A DNA stretch of 64,000 nt from Vicinamibacterales bacterium (GCA_036557365.1 DATBHR010000094.1:981-64980); one strand, 5' to 3'; counted from the stretch's first letter, positions 17,554 to 26,979 are shown. The notes: generated from the sequence alone by a model not told the origin. Numbers and translations are program-made.

Positions 17554-18207
17554 ATGCGATTGATCGCGTGCGCGATCGCGGCGCTGCTGGCCGTCCAGGC
17601 GACGCCGGTCCATCCGATTTCGGGCCGGCAGATCGCGCCCGTCATGGGATGGCAGGGCGCAGACTGGCTCGAGCGCGGCGAACGGATCGACGAGGAAGCG
17701 CCCGACGATGCGCTGAAGGTGCTGGAGATTCAGAAGGGCGCGTCGGTGGCGGACATCGGCGCCGGCAGCGGCTACATGACCATCCGCCTGTCGGCGCGCG
17801 TCGGCCCGAGCGGCCGCGTGTTTGCGAACGACGTGCAGCCGCAGATGCTCGAAATGCTCCGACGACGAGTCGAGGCGCAGCACCTGACCAACGTCACGAT
17901 CGTGCAGGGCACGATCGACGATCCGCGCATTCCCGAAACCGTCGATCTGGCGCTGATGGTCGACGTGTACCACGAACTGTCGCGGCCGCAGGCGATGCTG
18001 CAGCCGTTGCGCGCGTCCCTCAAGCCCGGCGGCCGGCTCGTGCTGCTCGAGTATCGGAAGGAGGATCCCGCCATCCCGATTCGTCCGGAACACAAAATGA
18101 GCGTCCGCGAAGCCAAGCTGGAGGTCGAGGCTGAAGGCTTCACGCTGGCGACCGTCAACGAATCGCTGCCGCGGCAGCACATCCTCATTTTTGGCGTGAA
18201 GCCGTAG
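17554..18207 (+). CDS. Class I SAM-dependent methyltransferase with N-terminal signal/anchor sequence
   Basis: Internal ATG 17554. MRLIACAIAALLAVQATP is followed by VADIGAGSGYMT (motif I) and LKPGGRLVLLEY (motif post-II/III). Confidence 0.8.
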   Translation: MRLIACAIAALLAVQATPVHPISGRQIAPVMGWQGADWLERGERIDEEAPDDALKVLEIQKGASVADIGAGSGYMTIRLSARVGPSGRVFANDVQPQMLEMLRRRVEAQHLTNVTIVQGTIDDPRIPETVDLALMVDVYHELSRPQAMLQPLRASLKPGGRLVLLEYRKEDPAIPIRPEHKMSVREAKLEVEAEGFTLATVNESLPRQHILIFGVKP

Positions 18208-18249
18208 CAGGGATCCCGTCCAGCCGGCACCCGAGACTGCGCGCACCCA

Positions 18250-19737
18250 GTGCTGTTCACCGAACCGACGTTCCTCTTTCTCTTCCTCCCGGTCCTGCTC
18301 GCGCTGTACTTCATGCCGGGCCTCATCGACCGGGATCTGTCCGCGCCGCACAAGGCGTATGCGAACTGGCTGCTGCTCGTCGCGAGCGTCATCTTCTACG
18401 CGACCGGCGGCGGTGCGTTCACGTGGCTGATGCTCGCGTCGATCGCCTTCAACTACTGGATGGCGATCGCGGTGGACCGCGCACGCGGCACGCCGGCCGC
18501 AAAGAGGCGGCTCGCGATTGCCGTCACGATCAACCTGGTCGTCCTCGGCATCTTCAAGTACGCCAATTTCCTCGCGGACAACGTCAACACGCTGTTTGGC
18601 GTCCTGGTCGTCGGACCGGTCATCAGCATCCCACGCGTCCTGCTGCCAATCGGCATCTCGTTCTTCACGTTCCACGCGATTTCCTACGTCATCGACGTCT
18701 ACCGGCGCGATGCCACGGCGCAGAAGAGTCCCGTCCATGCGGCGCTCTACCTGCTGCTGTTTCCTCAGCTGATCGCAGGACCGATCATCCGCTACCGCGA
18801 TATCGCCGATCAGCTCGCCGAACGCATCGTCACGATGGACGATTTCGCGTACGGAGTGCGTCGATTCATCATCGGCCTCGCCAAGAAGGTGCTGATCGCG
18901 AACGTCGTCGCCGGGCCCGCGGATCGCATCTTCGGGATGCCGTACGATCAGCGCTCGGCGAGCCTCGCCTGGCTCGGCATCATCTGCTACACGCTGCAGA
19001 TCTACTTCGACTTCTCGGGCTACTCGGACATGGCCATCGGGCTCGGACGCCTCTTCGGCTTCCGGTTCCCCGAGAATTTCCGCTGGCCGTACATCGCGTC
19101 CACCGTGCAGGGCTTCTGGCGTCGATGGCACATCTCGCTGTCCACGTGGTTCCGCGATTACCTCTACATTCCGCTTGGCGGCAACCGTGTTCCGGTCGGC
19201 CGGCAATACGGCAACCTGGTGCTGGTGTTCTTCCTCTGCGGCTTGTGGCACGGCGCCAGCTGGAGCTTCGTCGTGTGGGGCCTCTGGCACGGTGTATTTC
19301 TCGTCGTCGAGCGCCTGTTCCGTACGGATCACCGGACGCGCACGTCGGACGCTGAGGGCATTCTCGCCTGGCCCATCTGGGGCCATCTCTACACGATGGG
19401 CGTCGTGATGATCGGCTGGGTGTTCTTCCGCGCCGACACGCTGACCGACGGGTGGCGCTACCTCGAAGCGCTCGCAGGCCGTCCGCCCGCGTTGCCGACG
19501 CCGTACACGCTTTCCTTCTATCTGACGTCCGAAGTCTGGCTCGCCATCGTCGCCGGCGTGATCGGGTCGATGCCGTGGGTGTCGTCGATGGCGGAATGGT
19601 TCGTCATGGCGCCGCGTCCCGAACGCGATCGGTTCGTTCGCGTGATCAGCGCCACCGCGCTCGCCGCGATGCTGTTCGCCTCCATCCTGAACGTCGCCGC
19701 CCGCACCTACAATCCGTTCATCTACTTCCGATTCTGA
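18250..19737 (+). CDS. MBOAT-family membrane O-acyltransferase (AlgI/PatA/DltB-like)
   Basis: 495 aa, GTG start, polytopic. FWRRWHISLSTWFRDYLYIPLGGNR and the conserved His in CGLWHGASW. Confidence 0.85.
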   Translation: MLFTEPTFLFLFLPVLLALYFMPGLIDRDLSAPHKAYANWLLLVASVIFYATGGGAFTWLMLASIAFNYWMAIAVDRARGTPAAKRRLAIAVTINLVVLGIFKYANFLADNVNTLFGVLVVGPVISIPRVLLPIGISFFTFHAISYVIDVYRRDATAQKSPVHAALYLLLFPQLIAGPIIRYRDIADQLAERIVTMDDFAYGVRRFIIGLAKKVLIANVVAGPADRIFGMPYDQRSASLAWLGIICYTLQIYFDFSGYSDMAIGLGRLFGFRFPENFRWPYIASTVQGFWRRWHISLSTWFRDYLYIPLGGNRVPVGRQYGNLVLVFFLCGLWHGASWSFVVWGLWHGVFLVVERLFRTDHRTRTSDAEGILAWPIWGHLYTMGVVMIGWVFFRADTLTDGWRYLEALAGRPPALPTPYTLSFYLTSEVWLAIVAGVIGSMPWVSSMAEWFVMAPRPERDRFVRVISATALAAMLFASILNVAARTYNPFIYFRF

Positions 19738-20813
19738 TGCGAGCTGCCATCGTCGCGGTCTTCCTCGTCACGATTTCGATTCCGGTCGCGCTGAACGTCA
19801 CCGGCCACGACGGCGGCGACCCGGAAGGCGAGAACCGCGAACTGGTGACCTTCGTCGGGACGAACCCCGGTGCGTGGTTCAACGATCATTTCGGGCTCCG
19901 ATCGACCCTGGTCCGCTGGTACGGCGAGATGCGGCTGTTTCTGCTCGGCGTCTCGCCGTCGACGACCGTCGTCAAGGGCAAGGACGGCTGGTTCTTCTAC
20001 GCAGACGACAAGGCGGTCGAGGACTATATCTCCGACGATCCACTGACCGCGGAAGCCCTCACCAACTGGCGAGAGGCGATCGTGCGCGCGCACAAATGGC
20101 TGCAGGCGCGCCACATCGCGTACGTTTTCGTCGTCGCGCCCGACAAGCACGTGCTGTATCCCGAGGAGATGCCGGACACGATCCGGCGCATCGGCCAGAT
20201 GTCGCGCATGGATCAGTTCTACGGCAGCCTGCTCGACACAGGGTTCCTCGTCGACGTCAGGCCGCCGCTGATCGCTCAGCGCGCGCGCGAGCGGATCTAT
20301 CAGAAGACCGACACACACTGGAACGACCGCGGCGCATTCGTCGCCTACGAAGCGATCGTCAATGCGGCGCGCACGCAGGTCCCCGCCATTCCGCCGCCAT
20401 GGACGCGCGACGACTTCGATCCGGTGACGAAGAAGGTCGAAGGCATGGACCTGGCGGCGATGATGGGACTGAAGCGCGTCCTGCGCGAAGACGATCTGCA
20501 GCTCGTGCCGAAGCGGCCGCGCGTCGCGCAGGTGCTAGAGCCGAAAGGCGCGCTGGCAAGCGCGGAAGAAGGCCGGCTGGTCACCGAAATTCCCGACTCA
20601 CCGCTTCCGCGTGCCGTCATCTTTCGCGATTCATTCGCCTCGCAGCTCGCGCCGTTCCTGTCGGAGCACTTCAGCCGCGCGCTGTACCTCTGGCAGAACG
20701 ACTTCGACGCGCAAGTCGTCGAAAAAGAACATCCAGACATCGTCATCCAGGAGATCGTCGGACGCCACCTGCACAATTTCATCCCGTCACCGGAATTGGT
20801 ACCAGAACCATAA
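19737..20813 (+). CDS. AlgJ/AlgX-like SGNH (DHHW) O-acetyltransferase partner protein
   Basis: ATG 19737-19739 shares one nt with the MBOAT stop (TGATG). N-terminal anchor MRAAIVAVFLVTISIPVAL, then GKDGWFFY and KTDTHWN motifs typical of AlgJ/AlgX-type proteins. Confidence 0.7.
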   Translation: MRAAIVAVFLVTISIPVALNVTGHDGGDPEGENRELVTFVGTNPGAWFNDHFGLRSTLVRWYGEMRLFLLGVSPSTTVVKGKDGWFFYADDKAVEDYISDDPLTAEALTNWREAIVRAHKWLQARHIAYVFVVAPDKHVLYPEEMPDTIRRIGQMSRMDQFYGSLLDTGFLVDVRPPLIAQRARERIYQKTDTHWNDRGAFVAYEAIVNAARTQVPAIPPPWTRDDFDPVTKKVEGMDLAAMMGLKRVLREDDLQLVPKRPRVAQVLEPKGALASAEEGRLVTEIPDSPLPRAVIFRDSFASQLAPFLSEHFSRALYLWQNDFDAQVVEKEHPDIVIQEIVGRHLHNFIPSPELVPEP

Positions 20814-20930
20814 TCAACTCTCAATTTTCAATTCTCAACGCTCAGCCGGATCCCCTCATCGCTCCGCCCTAACCCCTTTCCTCATCCCTCACACCTCACC
20901 GCTAATCCCTATTTCAGCTACTATCCCGCT
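20814..20930 (+). other. G-poor, pyrimidine-rich low-complexity spacer
   Basis: caactctcaattttcaattctcaacgctcagccggatcccctcatcgctccgccctaacccctttcctcatccctcacacctcaccgctaatccctatttcagctactatcccgct has very few G on the + strand in an otherwise G+C-rich window. Short word repeats include tcaatt, cctcat and cctcac. Confidence 0.6.
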
Positions 20931-21503
20931 ATGCCCGCCGCCGCGATTCCGCTCGCGTTCGCGTCGGGCCTGAACGTGTACGCCACCGTCGCGGTCCTCG
21001 GGCTCTGCTCGCACTACGGGCTCGTCCGGCTGCCGGAACAGTTTCGCGCCTTCGATCATCCCGTCATCATCGGCGTCGCGATCGCCATGTTTCTCGTCGA
21101 GTTCGTCGCCGACAAGATCCCGTGGCTCGACACGGCGTGGGACGCCGTGCACACGGTCATCCGTCCGATCGGCGGCGCGCTCGTCGCGGTCGCGGCGATC
21201 GGCGACGCGTCGCCCACCGTCCGCGTGCTCGCAGGCCTCCTCGGCGGCTCGGTCGCGATGACGACGCACGTGACGAAAGCGAGCACGAGGACCGTGGTCA
21301 ACACGAGCCCCGAGCCGTTCAGCAACTGGCTGTTGAGTTTTGGAGAGGACCTGCTCGCGATCGCGCTGTCGTACGGCGCGCTTCAGCATCCCGGCCTGGC
21401 CCTGGCGATCGCGATCGCTCTTCTGCTCGCAATCGCCGCCATGGCGACGCTGATCGTGCGCGGACTGCGCCGGCGGTTCTTCCCGCCGCGCGCAGCCGCG
21501 TGA
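20931..21503 (+). CDS. DUF4126-family integral membrane protein
   Basis: 190 aa. GLNVYATVAVLGL...FLVEFVADKIPWLDTAWDAVHTVIRPIGGA matches the DUF4126 pattern as I recall it. Confidence 0.7.
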   Translation: MPAAAIPLAFASGLNVYATVAVLGLCSHYGLVRLPEQFRAFDHPVIIGVAIAMFLVEFVADKIPWLDTAWDAVHTVIRPIGGALVAVAAIGDASPTVRVLAGLLGGSVAMTTHVTKASTRTVVNTSPEPFSNWLLSFGEDLLAIALSYGALQHPGLALAIAIALLLAIAAMATLIVRGLRRRFFPPRAAA

Positions 21504-21533
21504 TCGTCGGAAGCCGACGCCGCTCCCGACGGT

Positions 21534-24374
21534 TTACTGACGCTGTTCGCTGGTCCGCACGCCCGCGCCCGGCTGCGCTGTGGCGCTGCCGTAGTAGATG
21601 CCGTTGAAGAACAGCTTGAAGGTGCCGTGCGGCTGGCCGCGCCACAGGACCTCGTTGCCGAAGAGCACGACGTGGCCCTTGCCGACCGAGGCTTCGACGA
21701 TCGAGACGGCCTGATCGAGATATTGCTGACCCCAGGCCCAGCCGCTCCTGAGCGGTGTGCCCGACTCGTACCACGCGATCGGCTTCACGCCGCTCGTCGC
21801 GGCCTGCGGCTCGAGACGAAACGCCGGGCTCTCGTCGTAGAAGACCATCGACTTCGCGTCCATCCCGTAGGCGAGCGGCTGCGTGTTGTCGATGCGCGCC
21901 TCGAGAATCGATCCGGGCACGTAGTACTTTTCTCGCGGCAGCGGACGCGTGGCGCCGTTGACCGTTTCGACGAGCGCATCGCGAATCGGCAAGCCGAGAT
22001 GGTAGCCGAGCGTCGTTGACGATCCGATCGTCAGGACCGTGCCGCCGTTCTCGACGAACTTCTTGATCTCGGGCACGGTCTTCGAAACCGTGACGCGTCC
22101 GAGCCACGGACGGAATTCGGCGGGAATCGTGTCGGCCGCCGGCTGCGCGCCGAAGCCGCCGCCACCGCCGCCGTCGCGCTCCGGGATTCCGCCGTCCACG
22201 AACACGAGCACGTCGAACTTGGCGTTCAGGTTGCCGGCGTCGAGCGCCTGCGGATAGACGACCTCGAACGGAAATTCGAACTGCTCGAACAGCCAGCGCG
22301 TCCAGCCGCTCGGCATCGAGCCGCCGTACTGATCCCAGAGGCCGATCCGGACCGGCTTCAGCTTCATCGCGTCGCCCGCCGGCTTCGCGGGTACGGCGTC
22401 GAAGACCAGTCCTTTGTCGGCCGCAAGCTTCTGAAGGATCGGCAGCGTCGATGGCTTCGCCGCGATGTACATCGTCCCGACCGGATACGTCCTGCCGTTC
22501 GCCGTCGTCGCCGACTTCAACCAGTAGACGTCTTCGTTCGCTTTGAGCAGTCGGTTGACCGCGACAAACGCGTCGTTGACCTGGTGACTGAGGAGATAGC
22601 CGCCGTTGGCCGGCGCGGACGCGACCTTTCCGGTCGGCACCGGCGCGAGGTCGGGAATCTTCTCGAACGGACCGTCGAACGCGTCGAGAATGCGGTCGAA
22701 CGTGATGCCCATCGAATAGGCGATGTTGTAGCCGGTGACGTCGTACGGCGGTCGCGGCGCGCCGCCCGGATAGGGGATGTCATCGGGATGATCCTGCGGC
22801 TCGAACATGTCCATCAGGTGCGCGCGAAACGGCTGCGCCGCGTTCATGACGTACGAGCCTGCGGGGTACTGCTTGCCCGCGACCGTGAAGGCCGTCGTTG
22901 CGCGTTCGACCACGACGCCCGCCTTGATCAGCGTGTTCACGAACTTCGTCGCCGTAAGGAAGTCAGGCTGATCCGACGGGACGATGAAACCGCGCGGATC
23001 GCGCTTCGTCGGATCGTGAAGCACGTTGTCGTAGATCGACACCGGCGCCCCGCCGCGTCCGAAGTTGCCGCCCCGGCCGCCGCGCGGCCCGATGTTCTCG
23101 CCGGCCCGACCCGAGCCGCCGGTCTGCGCGGTAATCGCTTCTTCGGCCGCCTTGATGCGCTTGGGGTGAATCGTCCAGTTGTCGCGGCTGCCCTTGTCGA
23201 TGGCGTTGCGCGCCATCTTGTACATGTTGAAGAGGAAGTCTTCCTTACGCTCTGAGGCGATGTCGAGAATCGCGTAGTTGTTCGTCACCGAGTATTCGAT
23301 CGACTGCCTGAAATGCCACGTCTGCGGCGCGATCGGATTCGGGACGTCGGCGCGCGGCAGCTGCATCTCGAGCACGAACGGAATTTCGACGGGCGTCGGA
23401 TTACCGATCGTCTCGGTCAGGATGCCGATCTGATTGTGGAAGTACGACGTCGTCCGGATTCCGCCGTTGAACCACGTGGAGTACGGCGCGCCCGATCGCA
23501 TGACCGCGCCGGGCTTTCCTTCCGCCGCCAGCCGCGTGTGGATCGCCGAGCCGACCATGTCGATGCCGAGCGGGATGAGCGGATCGAAGTTGTAGTTGAA
23601 TGGATCGCGGAACGGCGGCGCGAACAGCACCGCGCCCGCCGGGCCGGTCTGGTGATGGTTGTACATGATCGCGGGATACCACTCGCGGTACATGACCCGG
23701 TCCGCGTTCACGCTCTCCGACATGTTCATCATGTAGAAGTCGCGGTTGTCGTCGTGCCCGATGTACTTCTGATATAAGCGCGGGATGCCGTTCGTCGAAC
23801 GCTTCTTCTCGTCGGCATCGCGCATGTACCAGTTCGACACGAGCTCCATCCCGTCCGGATTGATCAGCGTGCACAGGATGATGTCGTCGTTCAGGATGCG
23901 CAGCGTTTCAGGATCGTTCTTCGTGTTCAGCCGGTAGATCGTTTCGATGAGCTGCTGCGCGCCGAGCACTTCCGTCGCGTGCAGGCCGCCGTCGATCCAG
24001 ACGACGGTCTTCCCTTCCTTCGCGAGCTGGTGCGCCTGCTCCTCGTTCACCTCGCCGAGCGCGAGCTTGCGGTTGATGTCCTTGTACTGCGCCAGCTTCT
24101 TGTGATTCTCGGGCGAGGTGATGATGGCCGTGAGCTCGGGCCGTCCTTCTTCCGTCTTGCCAATCTCCACGACGGTCATCCGGTCCGACTGCTGGTCCAG
24201 CTTCTTCACGTACTCGACGTACTGCGTGTAGTTGACCAGCCGATAGTCGTCGCCGATGTCGAAGCCGAACTGCTCTTTTGGCGACGTGAGCTTGGCCGCC
24301 TGCTTCTGCGCCTGCGGTACAGCCGTGGCCGCCAGCAGCAGCACCAGCGCTGCGGCAGCGTGTCTTCTAGGCAT
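21534..24374 (-). CDS. Large secreted M14-family metallocarboxypeptidase-like protein
   Basis: 946 aa with signal peptide MPRRHAAAALVLLLAATAVPQAQ. VVWIDGGLHATEVLG (HxxE zinc motif) and NPDG follow in the N-terminal domain. The long C-terminal extension is unassigned. Confidence 0.8.
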   Translation of the reverse strand: MPRRHAAAALVLLLAATAVPQAQKQAAKLTSPKEQFGFDIGDDYRLVNYTQYVEYVKKLDQQSDRMTVVEIGKTEEGRPELTAIITSPENHKKLAQYKDINRKLALGEVNEEQAHQLAKEGKTVVWIDGGLHATEVLGAQQLIETIYRLNTKNDPETLRILNDDIILCTLINPDGMELVSNWYMRDADEKKRSTNGIPRLYQKYIGHDDNRDFYMMNMSESVNADRVMYREWYPAIMYNHHQTGPAGAVLFAPPFRDPFNYNFDPLIPLGIDMVGSAIHTRLAAEGKPGAVMRSGAPYSTWFNGGIRTTSYFHNQIGILTETIGNPTPVEIPFVLEMQLPRADVPNPIAPQTWHFRQSIEYSVTNNYAILDIASERKEDFLFNMYKMARNAIDKGSRDNWTIHPKRIKAAEEAITAQTGGSGRAGENIGPRGGRGGNFGRGGAPVSIYDNVLHDPTKRDPRGFIVPSDQPDFLTATKFVNTLIKAGVVVERATTAFTVAGKQYPAGSYVMNAAQPFRAHLMDMFEPQDHPDDIPYPGGAPRPPYDVTGYNIAYSMGITFDRILDAFDGPFEKIPDLAPVPTGKVASAPANGGYLLSHQVNDAFVAVNRLLKANEDVYWLKSATTANGRTYPVGTMYIAAKPSTLPILQKLAADKGLVFDAVPAKPAGDAMKLKPVRIGLWDQYGGSMPSGWTRWLFEQFEFPFEVVYPQALDAGNLNAKFDVLVFVDGGIPERDGGGGGGFGAQPAADTIPAEFRPWLGRVTVSKTVPEIKKFVENGGTVLTIGSSTTLGYHLGLPIRDALVETVNGATRPLPREKYYVPGSILEARIDNTQPLAYGMDAKSMVFYDESPAFRLEPQAATSGVKPIAWYESGTPLRSGWAWGQQYLDQAVSIVEASVGKGHVVLFGNEVLWRGQPHGTFKLFFNGIYYGSATAQPGAGVRTSEQRQ

Positions 24375-24395
24375 GGAGGACCTCGCGGAAGGTGA

Positions 24396-25085
24396 TCATT
24401 CGCGCGATGGTAGCGCGGATTCCCCCCGGGAGGCCATGTAAATAGATGTAAAACGGGCGACGATTTGACGCCGTTCCTCGGGCAACAAACGAAACTGCGC
24501 GCGCTCGTACGCGAAGAACTCCGCGGCCGAATGCACAGCCATCATGAGCCCGCGCGGCGTGTGGATTTTCGACGCCGACAGGTAGTGACCGAGCTCGTGC
24601 GCGAGCGCACGGCCCAGCGCGCGCGCCATCATCGTCTCGCGCTGCAGGCGCGGCATCGACTTCACGTCGCCGACAACGCCCGCGGAATTCTCGAGCAGCT
24701 GCGTCGCGTTCTCGTACGAGAGATAGATCTCCTGCTCGGGCGTGTGCGGATCGTCGAACACGATCCACCCGAGCGGCAACTTGTGCGGATCAGTGCTCTG
24801 ACGATCGTGGCCGATCGAGACGCGCAGCGTGAGCGGCGCTCCCATGAACGGCACCACCTGATGCATCTGCACGCGGGGCGTCTCGCGCTCCCAGAAGAAC
24901 TTGATGCCGACGCCGGCCCAGACAGCGTCGGCTTCAGCGAGCAGCGCGGTGACGAGTGTGGGTGAGACATCCGATGCCGCCGCCACGCGAACAACGAGCG
25001 GTGGAATCGTGTGGACGGCAGCAGTGGCGTCCGTCGTGCCGGACGCCGTCGCAACGATCGCGAGTGTCGCAGCAGCAATCAGCAT
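24396..25085 (-). CDS. Putative secreted zincin-like metalloprotease (HExxH)
   Basis: 229 aa, N-terminal hydrophobic segment MLIAAATLAIVATASG, and a single HELGH motif (ALAHELGHYLSASKIH). It is not a canonical metzincin spacing. Confidence 0.5.
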   Translation of the reverse strand: MLIAAATLAIVATASGTTDATAAVHTIPPLVVRVAAASDVSPTLVTALLAEADAVWAGVGIKFFWERETPRVQMHQVVPFMGAPLTLRVSIGHDRQSTDPHKLPLGWIVFDDPHTPEQEIYLSYENATQLLENSAGVVGDVKSMPRLQRETMMARALGRALAHELGHYLSASKIHTPRGLMMAVHSAAEFFAYERAQFRLLPEERRQIVARFTSIYMASRGESALPSRE

Positions 25086-25151
25086 CTTGTCCGCTATAGA
25101 CGGACCAAAATGCGGAAAGTTTGATGTCCGAAAACGCCAAGCGTGGACGCT

Positions 25152-25439
25152 CTAAATCTCGAAATCGCACGCGACGATGTGTTCAGAAATCCCAGCACCG
25201 AACTGTGCGATGGGTACGTGACGCGGATCGTGCGCGTAGACGTCGAGCGCCGCTCGATTCGTGAACGTCACCGCGAGACCCGTGTCGTACGACCGCGCCG
25301 AGTGAACGACGTCGCCGCCAACCTTCAGGTCGACGATCCCGTCTAACGTGGCAAGCGACCGAAGCCGCTCCCGGTGTTGTGTGCGCGTCGCATCGTCGGT
25401 CGACGCCTTGTACTTGAAGCAGACGAGGTGCAGCAGCAT
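25152..25439 (-). CDS. Dabb (stress-responsive alpha/beta-barrel) domain protein
   Basis: 95 aa. MLLHLVCFKYK...L..L....GIVDLKVGGD...YDTGLAVTF.....LDVYAHDPRH is a textbook Dabb pattern. Confidence 0.8.
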   Translation of the reverse strand: MLLHLVCFKYKASTDDATRTQHRERLRSLATLDGIVDLKVGGDVVHSARSYDTGLAVTFTNRAALDVYAHDPRHVPIAQFGAGISEHIVACDFEI

Positions 25440-25491
25440 CCGCGTATCTTACCCGCGGCGCTGCTCGATTGCCGACGGCTGAGACGCCGGA

Positions 25492-25842
25492 CTACAACTC
25501 CTCGCCCTCGATTTCGTCGTCGCCCATGTCGACGACGATGCTGTGAATGTCGATGCGGAACCACTCGCGGAACGTGCGCAGATCGCGCGTCGCGGGCCAG
25601 CTGGCTTCGTCGTCGGACCACGCGGACAACTGAAACTCGAACAGCCAGACGGCGTTTTCCTCCACCCACTCCTGCACGTCCTCTTCGAGCTCGAACTCCG
25701 GCAGCAGAAACGCCGATCCGAACGGTTTCGCGCGGCTGACGGTCAGCGTGCCGCGAGACGCCTCGGCATCGGTGCGACGGGTCCAGTCGATGTAGGGTTG
25801 AGCTCCGGTGATGGAAATGGCCGTACGGTTGACGACGCGCAT
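25492..25842 (-). CDS. Hypothetical acidic protein (116 aa)
   Basis: MRVVNRTAISITGAQPYIDWTRR...EFELEEDVQEWVEENAVWLFEFQLSAWSDDE...DMGDDEIEGEEL. No family recognised. Lies 9 nt downstream of the GtrA-fusion gene. Confidence 0.5.
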   Translation of the reverse strand: MRVVNRTAISITGAQPYIDWTRRTDAEASRGTLTVSRAKPFGSAFLLPEFELEEDVQEWVEENAVWLFEFQLSAWSDDEASWPATRDLRTFREWFRIDIHSIVVDMGDDEIEGEEL

Positions 25843-25851
25843 GCGCGCATT

Positions 25852-26979
25852 CTATCCGTGCGGCGGTGACGATTCCATGTATCGGCGCAGCGCCTCGAGC
25901 GTCCGCACGAGCGAGTCGCGCGCAATGCGCGAGACGATCGGTCCGGCGATCGGCCTGACGAGGAGCGGCACGTCGCGGCTGAGCGTCAGCGATTCGACGC
26001 TGACCAGAATGTCGGCGTCCACCTGTCGATATGTCCAGTAGGAATTCATGCGCCACAGAAAACCGTGGTCATCGCCGCCCACCTCGTCGATCTTCGTCGC
26101 GACGCTGCGTGCGGTCGCGAGGTCGCGTGAGCGGCGTGCGAACGTCATGCGATGCTCCGTGTCGTAGGTGACCGTGACGATGCTGTTGCGAACGAGCCGC
26201 ATGTAGACCAGCAGCGCGTCGGCGCCGCGCGACAGCACGCGCGACGCGACGACATCGTCCTGGGGTGGAGGTGTTCCTGGATCCTGCAGACGCGCGAGCA
26301 GGTCGTCGAGCGGCACGCCGCGGACGAGGACCGATCCGGTCCAGTCGTTGATGGTCCCCGACGGAACGCGGATCGAGGTTCCTTTAACGCTGACGTCGCG
26401 AGCAGTGTCGGCCATTGGCTGGACAAAAGACTGCGGCAACGCGCGTTCACGAGCGGACATGAACGCATCCCAACTCGCCAACGTGTCGCGATGCGGCTGA
26501 GCCGAAACCACCGATGCGGTGATCAGCCACGCGGCGGCCGCGAGCGTCAGGACCTTTCCATGTTCCGCGCGAAACACCCATCGATCGGCGAGCAGGAAGT
26601 TCGCGGCGCTGACGGTCGCCACAGCCGCGACGTTCGACGCCATCGTGCCGAATCGGCAGACGCCGATGAACACCGCCATGAGCGCGACGTTGCCGGCCAT
26701 CGAGGTCACGGCGGTGCCCGTGTTGAACTTGACGAACCGACGCCAGGTCGCCGCGGTCGACGACCCACGCAATGTCGAATCGCCGCGATGCGCCCACGTC
26801 CAGCGCTCGTGCCAGAGGAAATTGTGAAGGATGGCGAACTCGACCGACACGACGGTCGCCGGCAGCCACGTCCAGCCGGCGAGCGATGTGAGCGCCGCGA
26901 GCACAGCAACCTGCACGACGAAGCCCATCGCGCCGACGGCACCGAATTTCACGAGCAGCGCGCGAGGCGAGTCGCTCAT
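25852..26979 (-). CDS. GtrA-family membrane protein fused to a ~230-aa uncharacterised C-terminal domain
   Basis: The N-terminal ~135 aa are LVKFGAVGAMGFVVQVAVL...ILHNFLWHERWTW...FVKFNTG...SAANFLLADRWVF, the GtrA 4-TM pattern. A fifth hydrophobic helix (VLTLAAAAWLITASVVSA) and a mixed alpha/beta-looking soluble domain follow. The start overlaps the upstream stop as ATGA. Confidence 0.7.
   Translation of the reverse strand: MSDSPRALLVKFGAVGAMGFVVQVAVLAALTSLAGWTWLPATVVSVEFAILHNFLWHERWTWAHRGDSTLRGSSTAATWRRFVKFNTGTAVTSMAGNVALMAVFIGVCRFGTMASNVAAVATVSAANFLLADRWVFRAEHGKVLTLAAAAWLITASVVSAQPHRDTLASWDAFMSARERALPQSFVQPMADTARDVSVKGTSIRVPSGTINDWTGSVLVRGVPLDDLLARLQDPGTPPPQDDVVASRVLSRGADALLVYMRLVRNSIVTVTYDTEHRMTFARRSRDLATARSVATKIDEVGGDDHGFLWRMNSYWTYRQVDADILVSVESLTLSRDVPLLVRPIAGPIVSRIARDSLVRTLEALRRYMESSPPHG

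Noticed and set aside
17545-19386. 613-aa ORF on the minus strand across the methyltransferase and MBOAT genes. Similar very long antisense or off-frame ORFs occur at 28120..30441 (+), 32961..34787 (-), 45029..47068 (+), 46419..47657 (-), 49991..52579 (+) and 41910..43412 (-).
   Set aside because: All lie opposite to, or out of frame with, genes that have clear family motifs. Their translations are dominated by Arg, Asp, His, Gly and Ala runs typical of stop-poor shadow frames in GC-rich DNA. No motifs were recognised.
18250-20813. An alginate biosynthesis locus (algI and algJ/algX).
   Set aside because: Only the two acetylation-type genes are present. No alg8, alg44, algK, algE, algG or algL-like genes are in the flanks, so calling it alginate-specific is unsupported.
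21505-21519. A possible bidirectional terminator hairpin, cgtcgg-aag-ccgacg, between the convergent DUF4126 and M14 genes.
   Set aside because: The stem is only 6 bp and there is no U-tract on either strand. That is not distinguishable from chance in GC-rich DNA without transcript data.
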